Shown: positions 37,732 to 48,694 of the stretch, one piece after another
Layout of the letters: each line of letters begins with the position of its first letter
Position numbering within the stretch: the first letter of the stretch is position 1
DNA from: Ptychomitrium polyphyllum
Lineage: Eukaryota
DNA: 64,000 bases
Assembly (NCBI GenBank): GCA_973851085.1
Contig: OZ316775.1
Location: forward strand, 11,408,001 to 11,472,000
Reading direction: 5' to 3'
Position numbers and translations under genes: made by a program
Notes under the pieces: generated by a model
Databases searched by the model: none
Told to the model about the DNA's origin: nothing
The model's input: the letters and a program-made list of their open reading frames with translations, nothing else

Positions 37732-40145
37732 AATTTGTACCACTTGCTAGTGAACAATGAATTAAATTTTATAGCATTTGTTGGCAGCCGACCCAGTTCT
37801 ACCTTAACTCGAGGTGGGTGGTGTTGCCTAATCACCTGGCAGATGGAATCAGCAATGGCAGAGACGGCATATTAATAGGATGCGTTTCCTGCATGTACAC
37901 ATCTGCAACTCAATTGTATATTGCTGTGCTACCTACCTTATTGAGCTTGTTATGTTAGAAGGAAGGTTAGCATAGACCCTTCCTTTCTTTTATATGGAAC
38001 CTTAGCGGTATATTTATTATGTTTCCATTTTTAATGTAATCTACAGTTTATTTGTTTTTTGTGCAAACAATTTTCAGATGCTCCAAATGGGGCAATCTTA
38101 ATAGAAATTCAGAAACATTCTTCGTCGGCAGGTTCGCTTGGTCTTGGTGTGTATTGTGTGTTTATTTAATGCAATGAGGCTTAGTGCTCATTTGGTTCGA
38201 CATGTTTTTAAATAAAAATAAGAAATCCTGAACTCCTGCATGCTTCCAGATGTAACGACATTAGTTAATACGGGGTTGATTTACTACATTCAAGTTCTCC
38301 GCTGCTTGAGTTATGTAATATTTACTCTGGAAAATGTCGCCTTCAACCCCACTTTGCTATGATAAATCATCTTTCTCTTCTTTATCCTCGTCTTTCACCA
38401 CCTCTTTTACAGGTGTCAACAAACTTATTACTTTTGTTAATCATAAAATCTCTTAAGCGATATCCGTTTTCAAGTCAGGTGCACATATGAAAGCTGGATA
38501 AACTTGGGACCTGATCTTACAGGTTGGGTGGGTACAAGAAAATTTGTCATAAGTTTCCTGCCCATGTTCCTTAGATTGACAAAGCAGAGATAGAGTTTAA
38601 CAAAAGTAGTCGTCAAGAATGTTTGGCCTCGCTATAGATCTCCTTGGTGAACATGAAAATGTGGAAATGACTGCTAAATGTACCATAAGGCAGTCTCATA
38701 AATAATTAAGCAAACTTGAGAATTCATTCCAAAGTTGACTTTGTTCTTCATATTTAAAAATTCATAAAATATTACAATTTGTAAATGTATAATTTCAAAC
38801 CTTCCCTGTACCAAAATTAATTGCTTGCTGTAAAATTGCAAATACCATGCAACTGCACCAATCACTTTCAATTGAATGCCTTTGGAATGCATACGTGCAG
38901 ATTCTGGAAGTGTGTATATAAGGCTTGTCACGCTTAGGTTAAAATTCAGCCTTCTCGTCAAGGCAGTAGTCAAATGGTGATGTGTAGTGCAATATCAGCA
39001 TTCCTTTCAATGCGGAAATGAATGATCTCCAATGTTGCCATTTTTATTTCTCCAGTCTGCTGAATTCGCAAGGACTCATCAGACCAAATCAAGGGCGAGT
39101 GAAAAGTATTGTCTAATCTTGGCCCCATAGTAGATTGATGCGTCGAAGAATCATGATGTAAGTTAGATCTCCCGATGCATGGTAGATAACGTCAGAAAAT
39201 CGGCGAGGGAAAGTAATGGCTGCAGCAAGGACACGACAATAGCAGTAAATGTCGTTCGTTGAATGTGCCTAGTAACGGTTACTTGGCTATCCAAACAACG
39301 GTGAGAGGCCTTCGAAGACGATAGAGAGATTTACCAGGGAATGCCAGCTGAGAGAGTCTTTTGATGCGTCAGAAGATTGAGGAAATTCACGTGTTGTGTT
39401 GGTTAGAAACAGTCTAACATTAACATGACTTGCACAGATTAAGACCGCAGCGCGTCACTTCACCTACTCTGTAACCAAATGAGGACGACGTACTGGAGGA
39501 TCTCAAAAGAGATGTAGGTCGGTGGCATACATCTCTGGTGTGAATGGCTACATTAATATTACTGCTCACAGCCATCTCCATATTGCTAGTACGTGCATGT
39601 CTGGGTACCCTCCAACTGACTGCGCTTAACTCACTTGTCTGCTTCACGCAGAATGTATCATGCTGCAGAAGGTTACTCCAAAACATAGCATGGTTCCTGC
39701 GCATTCGCATCAATCAACCTCACAAACTGAGATCCCACAAAGCGGGTTTTCGAGAAAGAAGATTCGAAGGGGATTTAGGATTAACACATTCGAGACGGTA
39801 TCAACGTGAAAGCAATACTAGAGCTGGAACAGTACTGTCTTTCAATCGTTTAATTAATCATGATGATAAGACTGTCAGCGAAAGCACACAGAAAGAGGAC
39901 TAAGATGTCCAGGATCCGAATCGAACTATGTACAGATGCCTGCTAGATCTCCACAGCACTTGACGCGATTCTGACTTACTGTGCTTTACCATGAGAAGAT
40001 TCCGGAAAATTTCCCCTGACTTTCAAAACATTAAAGAAGTCAGTGAAACGAAGATCGCATCTGTCTGTGGACGTGATTTAATATGTAACGAAGTTTATCA
40101 CCGGCCTTGTCCGGCAGAGGGCAGATGATAACCGAACCCTTATGT

Positions 40146-41657
40146 TCAAGGAATTTGTCTCTTCCTTTTGACCTGCGCGAAACTAGGCAGGACTCCAAGA
40201 AATCGCTCCTTCAACGCCCGCATTGCAGATTCTAGCAACGTATCATCATCCCTTAGAAACTCGTTGTAAAAGTCTAGACAATTCGCCTGTCGCAGCAGAA
40301 TGTCCTCCTCTTTTAGTGCCCTAAGTGTGGGGATGATCCGATGCATCTGCGAGGTCGGAAACTGCAACAGGCAGTCTTGCCAATGAATCATCGAATTGAA
40401 TGGCTTCACATAGTTGTCTACAATCAATACAGGGATCGACCCTGCGCTAAGCACTTCGACAAACCTATACGAATTCGGTTGTCGTCCTCCAGGGCACAGC
40501 CCAAACGTCGTGTTCATCAAACCGTAGAAACTATAGCTCTGATGGATTTCCTCGTCTGTTTCGCAGTGCACACCAACCTCTGGACGCTCTTTGCGCATCA
40601 AATTATTGGTCTGATGATTACAAGTGGTTGCCACAATCACATCCTTCCCATTGTGCATTCCCCGAAACGAATCATGGCTCCGAAATGCGCCTTCACTTTC
40701 AAGCTGTCCAAGATACCTCGTCCCCCGGAACGTCGCGAAATACTTTCTCTTTAAAATGTTCACAGATTGAAGGTCTTCGCAGTTGGCTTTGCCCGGCAGA
40801 GGAATGCTGATGTCAAATCCGGGACGAAACGTCGTCTCATAAGAAATTGTTGCCATGACTGATGCATTTCCGAGTGAATCAGCAGCCGGGCCTTTCTTCT
40901 CCCATCTGTCTCCGAACGTGACGATCACATGATTCATTCCTCCGTTCCAATGCGGCAAATCTCTTGGCCATGCCGGCCAGGGATACATAGTATCGATGAA
41001 GACAAAGAACAGGCACGCTTTCTCGGTATCGTTCGTCCAATACTTGGATTCTTTGAGATTGTAGAAGTTGCGAAGCGGAGGACTTGGAATATCATACGAA
41101 TATACCCGAAGCTCGTCCATATTCTCGCACTTGGTCAAGTTGAAGCAGATGTCCATGGAGCACATCGGAAAACCTGGTGGAAAATGCCACACCTTATCGT
41201 CAGCATACCATGGAATGTTTGGGCATCGCCCCGCAACCTTCTTCACAACTTCTCTCTCGACAACTTGGATTGCTTCCGCAGACGGACACGCCGCAACTTC
41301 TTTCTCCACGGGTTGGACATTCGGAGCAGGCGCTGGACACAGCTCACACTTCTGACACGCCGCAAGCTCTTTCGTCGTCGAGTTGCTCACTCCCGGTGGC
41401 AGACAATCACAGGAATACTCCGTTACTCTCGCAGATTGAAACAGCCATGACGACATTGTGCCCGGTAGACTGATACGCGAAGTCTTACAACTGCAGTTTC
41501 CAGCCGGTATTACCGGCAGCGAAACGGAACTAGGCTCCATGGCGCACGGAGCTCGCGCGAAAGTCGTGCTCTGCAGGCCGATAAAGCTCGAGATACATAT
41601 GAAAATAACGAGAAAGCTGATAACCACCGCCCTCAGACTCATCATCGACGTCTTCAT
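40146..41657 (-). CDS. Exostosin (GT47) glycosyltransferase, EXT1-like, intronless, copy 1
   Basis: 503-aa single ORF with N-terminal TM anchor and Cys-rich stem; CSMDICFNLTKC, WNGGMNH, FRPGFDISIPL, FRGTRYL, HNGKDVIVATTC, PGGRQPNSYRFVEVLSAGSIPV. Confidence 0.93.
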   Translation of the reverse strand: MKTSMMSLRAVVISFLVIFICISSFIGLQSTTFARAPCAMEPSSVSLPVIPAGNCSCKTSRISLPGTMSSWLFQSARVTEYSCDCLPPGVSNSTTKELAACQKCELCPAPAPNVQPVEKEVAACPSAEAIQVVEREVVKKVAGRCPNIPWYADDKVWHFPPGFPMCSMDICFNLTKCENMDELRVYSYDIPSPPLRNFYNLKESKYWTNDTEKACLFFVFIDTMYPWPAWPRDLPHWNGGMNHVIVTFGDRWEKKGPAADSLGNASVMATISYETTFRPGFDISIPLPGKANCEDLQSVNILKRKYFATFRGTRYLGQLESEGAFRSHDSFRGMHNGKDVIVATTCNHQTNNLMRKERPEVGVHCETDEEIHQSYSFYGLMNTTFGLCPGGRQPNSYRFVEVLSAGSIPVLIVDNYVKPFNSMIHWQDCLLQFPTSQMHRIIPTLRALKEEDILLRQANCLDFYNEFLRDDDTLLESAMRALKERFLGVLPSFAQVKRKRQIP

Positions 41658-42332
41658 CCTGCAACAGCCACAACAAGAATTGCAGTCACATTACGTTGTG
41701 ATCCATCGTAGCCGTAAATAAACCCCATCAAGCTCATACCAAATCCTCCACAAACTGGGTGGTCACGACTCCGACATGCAGCAGGCTCATGCAAACCGCT
41801 ACCTTCATCAAACCACTGCCATGAGAAAGGCGCCATTGTCACAAACAGCTACGTCGTGGTAAACAGAACCAATAGAGCCAACAGCTGTCTAACGCAAAGT
41901 TGGTGGCATGACTAAGAATAAGAATATGGTAAGCCACGTGAGGACCAAGGCAACCAAATAGTCTTTCCATGCGATACCAAATTCCGATGCCATATTGCTA
42001 GGACGCTTCGATGGGGAGGAAAATGTCTGCAATTCCAGGTTCAAATTAGTAATTTCGCAGGAGATTAGGCTTCACGAGACACTGTTCTATCGGCATTCTG
42101 TAGAAATTACGCCTGATCAATACAGTAATGCCATATTTGTTAGATTGGAAAATAGCAAACTGTCCAATTGTTTAATAATTGACTTCCTTGGTTAGATATG
42201 TTTTTTATTTGACAAAAGCAAAACTTTGTTATTGCACTAATCTTTTCATTTTACATGTTGTGGCCTACATTGTGATGACCAGTTTTTTATTATTTTCGTG
42301 AACCAATAATGACAAACTCCCATGGTTTGAAA

Positions 42333-42380
42333 TACTTTAGGAACCACACTGTTTGGAGTACTTTAGGAACCACATTGTTT
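42333..42380. repeat. 26-bp-period tandem duplication
   Basis: TACTTTAGGAACCACACTGTTT, then GGAG, then TACTTTAGGAACCACATTGTTT. Confidence 0.8.
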
Positions 42381-43528
42381 AAATTTACTTCCTTATGAAT
42401 TATGGATGATTATAATACTTACTTTCATTTTAGATCTACATACACGCTTGTATTTGTGTCTGAAACACGTTGGACTTCAAAAACCTTGAAAATCTTTATG
42501 GAGGGTCACTGCTGATCACGAGATCATCTCCGAGGAAGTCTTGGCCTGGCACGTTTCTCTCATTTCCTTACTGCACATGCACACGCACATCCACAGGAAC
42601 AGGCTACACTGTATACCGATTAACGTCTTGCTCATGTCGCCATTTCAATCCTCTTGCATGGATTCAAGGGATGAATCTGTTGCTACATTATCAACCACTC
42701 TTCCTATCGCTAAGCTACCACTGGAGGGTATGTTCTAATGCCCCATTGCTATTAAAAAACAATCTTACTAATCACCTTTTTAGGCCACTGTTTGTCTCTA
42801 CCACCTACTAACCTACTCCGACAACTCTATATATAGAACTCCATTTCCCATCATGGAAATGCATTTACTCAGTTCTGGAACCTCTGCTTGCACATTCGAG
42901 GTTGGACTGTGTACACGATGCGATCCCTGTTTAATGCCTGGTTGATTCTTCATGTCTCTGAGGTGGAAGTAGTTCTCACAGAGCGGAGGTTTTGCAAAGT
43001 TCGAGCTTACTGTTGGCGTTTACAAGCCTCCTTGGTTCCTGTAGTTTAGGGCTTGTCTCTCTTCCTCTCCGAGTAACGGACATGCTAGAGTAGTGGAAAC
43101 TCATGCGAAATTGACAAGGTTATGAAGATGGAGATTGAGTTGTTTAGAAAGATTGTGTGACAGCCTTTTAATGAAAGTGATAGAGGCTTAGGAGTAGGTT
43201 AATTGTTAATAATAACACTGACATTGCGCTCATACTATGTCGTTGTGCGCTCTTTGAGTGCAGTGAGTATTACAGTACTTCGTAACATTGACGTGAACTA
43301 CATCTCCATGTTACGGAAGTCACTGACACGGATTTAAAGCTCCATGTTGCGCACACTCTGCTTGATACAATATCGGAAAGTACGGTCAGACACTGTAGTT
43401 TTCCTTGCCGTTAGCGCCGTGGTTACATATATGTGTGGGTCACGTAGAGTATGGTAATGTCATCGCCTTTAGATAGTGGACACTGTTAGACACGTGACGA
43501 AGTGAAGAAGACAGGCTGGGATTTTGTC

Positions 43529-44920
43529 ATGAAAGGAGGATGGAGAGCTTTCTTTCTGTGTCTCTGTTCGATAACAGTCGTCGTCATTTTCACAAGTTAT
43601 AACAGGTTCACCGAACTCGTCAAACCTTGCGAGCCTTATAGTGACGCTGTCAAGACACTTGTGGATCCGAATTCCCTGGTGATCCCCTCAGGAAATTGCA
43701 ATTGCACAGTTTCTTACACTGCAGGCATATCGCTCCACCATCTGCCAACACCTTCCCTCTCCTGCAAATGCGATGAACTGGCTACCATATGCCCTCATAC
43801 CGAAGTACAGATCGTGGAGAAGGAAGTCATCAAGGAGGTCGTGAAAGAAGTCGTTAAGCGAGAGGCTTGCGATCCTGTACCATGGCACGCAGACAAGACA
43901 TGGCATTACCCTGCAAGGTATCCTCTCTGTTCCATGGACGCCTGCTTCAACTACACCAGGTGCGAAAACTCGAGTGAACTCTTGATATACACCTACGACC
44001 TACCTGCCCCGCCGCGCCGGTTTTTCTCTCGCATCAATGAGTCCAAGTATTTCACCGACGACCCTGAGAAAGCATGCATTTTCCTTGTGTTTCTCGACAA
44101 CGACAACCCTTGGCCGCCACACCCTAACACTTTACCCTATTGGAACGGGGGTTTGAATCACGCTTTGGTGATCTTCGCAGACATGTGGTCCCAGAAAGGG
44201 CCACCTCAAGACTCGATCGGCAATGCCTCTGTTATGGCAACTGACATACACGAGACTACGTACCGTGCTGTGTTTGACATTAGCATTCCGCTCCCAGGAA
44301 CATATCACATGAGGGACTTGATGGCTTTGAAAGCGACAGAGAGGAAATACCTGGCGACTTTTCGTGGATTGCGTTACTTAGGTCATGAAGGAGAGGGCAC
44401 CTTCCGCAGCTGGGACTCGTTCCGCACGATGCACAACGGAATAGATGTGATTGTAGCGACTTCATGTGACCATCCCATCAACAATATGAACCGAGAAAAG
44501 GAGCCACAGCTTGGACAACATTGTGACGATGACAAACTTATTCATAGGAGCTACAATTTTGTTGATCTCATGAACTCGACGTTTGCGTTGGTGCCAGCAG
44601 GAATCCAACCCGCTTCGTATAGGTTCATCGAGGTTTTGAGCGCTGGTGCCATTCCGGTGTTAATAGCTGATAACTATGTTAAGCCTTATGATACTTTGAT
44701 CCAGTGGTATAAGTGTCTATTGCAGTTTCCAACTACAGAGATGCACCGGGTTGTGCAAACTCTTAGGGCCATGAAGGAGGAAGAAATTCTCCGGAGGCAG
44801 GAGAATTGCATTGCAGTTTATCGTGAGTTTCTCCAGGATGACGAAACGTTGATTCGGTCTTCAGTGAGAGCTTTGAAGGCGAGGTTTCTCGGTGCAATTT
44901 CGAGTTTCTCGGAGTTTTAG
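43529..44920 (+). CDS. Exostosin (GT47) glycosyltransferase, EXT1-like, intronless, copy 2
   Basis: First ATG after the upstream in-frame stop is at 43529; TM anchor; CSMDACFNYTRC, YFTDDPEKACIF, WNGGLNH, FRGLRYL, HNGIDVIVATSC, PAGIQPASYRFIEVLSAGAIPV. Confidence 0.93.
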   Translation: MKGGWRAFFLCLCSITVVVIFTSYNRFTELVKPCEPYSDAVKTLVDPNSLVIPSGNCNCTVSYTAGISLHHLPTPSLSCKCDELATICPHTEVQIVEKEVIKEVVKEVVKREACDPVPWHADKTWHYPARYPLCSMDACFNYTRCENSSELLIYTYDLPAPPRRFFSRINESKYFTDDPEKACIFLVFLDNDNPWPPHPNTLPYWNGGLNHALVIFADMWSQKGPPQDSIGNASVMATDIHETTYRAVFDISIPLPGTYHMRDLMALKATERKYLATFRGLRYLGHEGEGTFRSWDSFRTMHNGIDVIVATSCDHPINNMNREKEPQLGQHCDDDKLIHRSYNFVDLMNSTFALVPAGIQPASYRFIEVLSAGAIPVLIADNYVKPYDTLIQWYKCLLQFPTTEMHRVVQTLRAMKEEEILRRQENCIAVYREFLQDDETLIRSSVRALKARFLGAISSFSEF

Positions 44921-47900
44921 ACGAGATGATGGTCGCCGGAGTTAGCGATTCTTAATCACGGTCATGCCAAGAACTGAATAGTTCGTACAGATCAGATGCA
45001 GTTCATATTTGGGTATGAGACCAACCGGATGAGATGACATTGCCATTGCAAATCAACTTTTGCAGATGAAGCTTGGTGACCATCCTTGGTGAGTACGGTG
45101 TTGAAGCTCTTTCGTTTTATCCAGTAGTACTGAAAAGTATTTGCCGAATAAATTTTGTTACACGAAAACTAACAAATTCATTCAGGTTTAAAGCTGGTCC
45201 TGTTAGTAGGACGGAATCAGCAGACTACCTCGATATCCTCTGCGAAAGCTTCCGTATTCTGTCTGTTTAAATAGTGTAGTATAAATACTCTATTTATAAA
45301 CGTGCACTATACATTTCATGCGCAGATCACATTTCTTACTGGGATGTGTTCTAGGATGTGCTAACTCATATGAAGGGAATTTATCAGGTTAATCATAATC
45401 AGTATCTGTTGATACCATTTCCTTGGAATCAAGACATCTATAGCAAATGTTTCGATCCTCTGTTCTGCTTGCAGAATTTTATTTCCCTACAAGACTGCAA
45501 CATGACTCCATTGCTTACAGTCGATCGTTAGAGGCTCCATGATTGATCGTATATGAAGTGGTGTAATGTACAGCACTGCACGTAAGCAGGGCTGTCTTGT
45601 TTCTATGTTATTTTGTTTTTGGGCACAAATGTCACGAAATCTCCATTGCCAACCTGCTAGGGCGAAACAAGTACAAAGCAGGGCTAAGGAAAGCCAACAT
45701 ACTCCAGTTAAGCAGAATCTGGACCCGAGTCGTAGAGAACGAACAGCGGCGTCGACGACCTTTATTTCTTGATTTTGACATTCAACGACTATATAACAGA
45801 CAGATCACTAAACACTGTAGTTTAAACGGCCATCATGACTTAAACCTATATAGACGCCGCGTTCACCATTTCCTTTAAAAATGCACGCGGGTACGATTTT
45901 TTAACTGTTATATTGGGAAATAGATAATTCAGATCCGTCACGCTGAGTGCTGGCTTCTGGAACACGAGGACGGCAACGCATATATTAAAAAATTCAAACC
46001 TCGACAGACTGGGACGGCGACTGTAGTCTCAGGCCCCAGAGAGGCTGCTCCCTTAGGGCCGCCGCATTTTACATGCTGCAATAATTTGGCCTCCTCAGAT
46101 ACACGTTGGTCGCTCGGGGTACCCTAGAAGAAGCCCCGCATCCTGGTAAATGCAGGGTACAGCACAACTTTTGGAGCAGAAGGTCCGCCGGAGATTTATA
46201 CCGATTGTTCAGAAACTGGACACTGCATATTTTAAGGCGCGCACGATCACGGAGTGCTACAGTACGTGGCGGGAGAATGCTGGTAGCAGTTTCTGATTCC
46301 TTGATCTCTCTGCCTTCCGTCCAGTCGCACGCGCCACACCTCCCCCAAATGACCTCTCTGACGCGTGAACTGGCGTCGCTAGTTCTGCTGCTCGTAGACT
46401 GGCCCTATGGTTCTACTGCACATGTGTATATTGAGTGAATAGGAAGACGTACTTATGCATGAAACACTCATTTGCCGCAACCTCGCTTGACTCTCCAATT
46501 CCAGTCTCACAAAACACTACCAAAAAACTTGATTCTGGACTGTTACTGAGGGCCCGTTAATTGCAGCATTGTAGATGGAAAGAATTTGATCACCAGCTGG
46601 ATTATGCTCCACCAAGTCACCTGGCACCCTGTCATGATCGAGCAACGGTGGTGACAACGTGTTCGATTCGTATCTTGAAATTCCTTGTGGAAATGGCGGT
46701 GAAAATGACGTGCCTGACTGCGAATAACTACAGTAACCGCAGGAATGTATTTTTACGTCACTGCACTTGATACGCGAGAATTGGTGGCTGCTTTGATGAG
46801 TATTAAGAGTTTCAACTGGAAGTTGAAGGAGCCTAAATCAAGCGGTCTTTACTGGTTCATAATGTATAATGGGTATACTTGGGGATTTCCATATTCGAAT
46901 CGAACCTTGAACGCCATATTCATTAACTTGCTCACCTAAAAATAAATGAACAAAACCCAGTGTTTAGAAGAGTTGAACCAGTGAACTCCTGGTGCTAAAC
47001 AGCCAGATGACAATCCAGGTTCCCAGTGTCAAGGCGACACCTTAACACCGTCAATTAAAATAATAATTCATTTGTTCGGACGGCTCAGAAGTCCCAAATA
47101 GTGTCCCCTCTCGGCTCCTTCGCCGAGCATGGAGCCAAAAAGCGATGCATGTCGGTTAGTGCTACAACTCCCGTCATAAAAAGGGAGGTGCATGAGGCCA
47201 AGCCTTAGGTGCATGTCTGTTCCAAAACAAAACAAAACAAGGAAAAAACAGAGGTGCAGGAACTCCCATCCACGAATCCACGTCATTAGCTACTCAAGAT
47301 AGTGTAACTTTCAACACCTAACCAGTAGTTAACTGCAGTTGTAACCACACGAACTCGACTACAGACCCTCTAGCCGATCGATGAAAAGATATTTCTGGAT
47401 GATGAAGGTCTGATCTGAGGAATCCGACGACGTGTACAAAAATCCGTGTTTGGCAGAATATGCTAATCTGGGCTCACGACGGAAAAATGACAATGGGCGT
47501 CGCAATTCTGAAGCCACAGACCCGATCCACCTCGACTCATGCCGGAAGAACGAAGGTGACTTTAGCAGTGAAACTCTTAGAACTACAGTTCAGAATATCT
47601 CTGTTAGTTACTTTTGGCACTGGCAGACATGATCAGATGAACTGTAGCTGCTAAAGCAAGTTTTCTTGCTGAGGGGCTAATGGTCTAAGTATTCCAATAG
47701 ATAGGCTTCAATTCATGCCTACAACAATTAATTCTTAGGTGATTTTATAGTTAAGTTGGTTAATTTAATGTCATAAGGAAATGAGGTGATCGAATTCGTA
47801 ACCTCCTGTTGCCTTGACCATTTTGTAAAGTCATGGCTTTTAAGGACCCGCCTTCCATTTATAAATCCTTCTAAGCAAAGACCATGGCAACACTATTGAA

Positions 47901-48694
47901 TTTTTCTTTTACGTCCTGTCAAAGCTGGTGTAAACAGCCCCAGTCTTTTCTGTTGGTTGTTAAACGAGTTTCCATTGCTTCTAATGAAACCCGCTCGTGT
48001 TCCACAGCGGATTGTTGTACCAACCACGGAAGCCACCGCTTTTTCTAAAAACGTCTAGAATGTGATCTCCAGGGAACCGGGACGTCACGTTGAGAAACAC
48101 GCTAAATGCAACTTCACCGAAATATTCGACTCTCCGGGTCCTTACGTTCCACTAGAAGTGCAAGTGCGTGTCGTTTTGATCATGTAGGAGCTTTGAGGAC
48201 CGAGATTGCGCGCCTGTGTTAGATCATAGCTCAGACTACCTGCAAGCTCGAGAATGGATGGAATCTCATGTGGATCTGATATCGTGCAGCTCTCGTTTTC
48301 GCGTCGCTGTTACAGAGAGTGGACTGTAGGACGGTACTATTGCACGGAAAGGCAGCCTGTAAAGACGAGCGTAAACAATCTGCTTTGCAAAGAGAATCCT
48401 CTGGAAGCAGGTCGTGGTTGATCTTCGCAAGGACTGGTGTGCAGATTGAGTGCTGTAAGGTATCATCCAAGTTATAGGGGTCTATGTGTGGGTTGCAGGA
48501 TGAGAGAGTGATGGCTGAGTCTGCGTGAGGTGATTGTCGCTTCTAGTGAATCTATGTGTAATCTCTACAACCTTTAAGTGACCTAAGTGCTCGCGCGTTT
48601 CGGCAACTCATTCGAGAAGCTCAACTGGGATTAGGTGGAGGCTCGATCTTGATTTCGAAGTTGTTGTTGCCTGGATTTGAGTAGAGCCGCAGCC

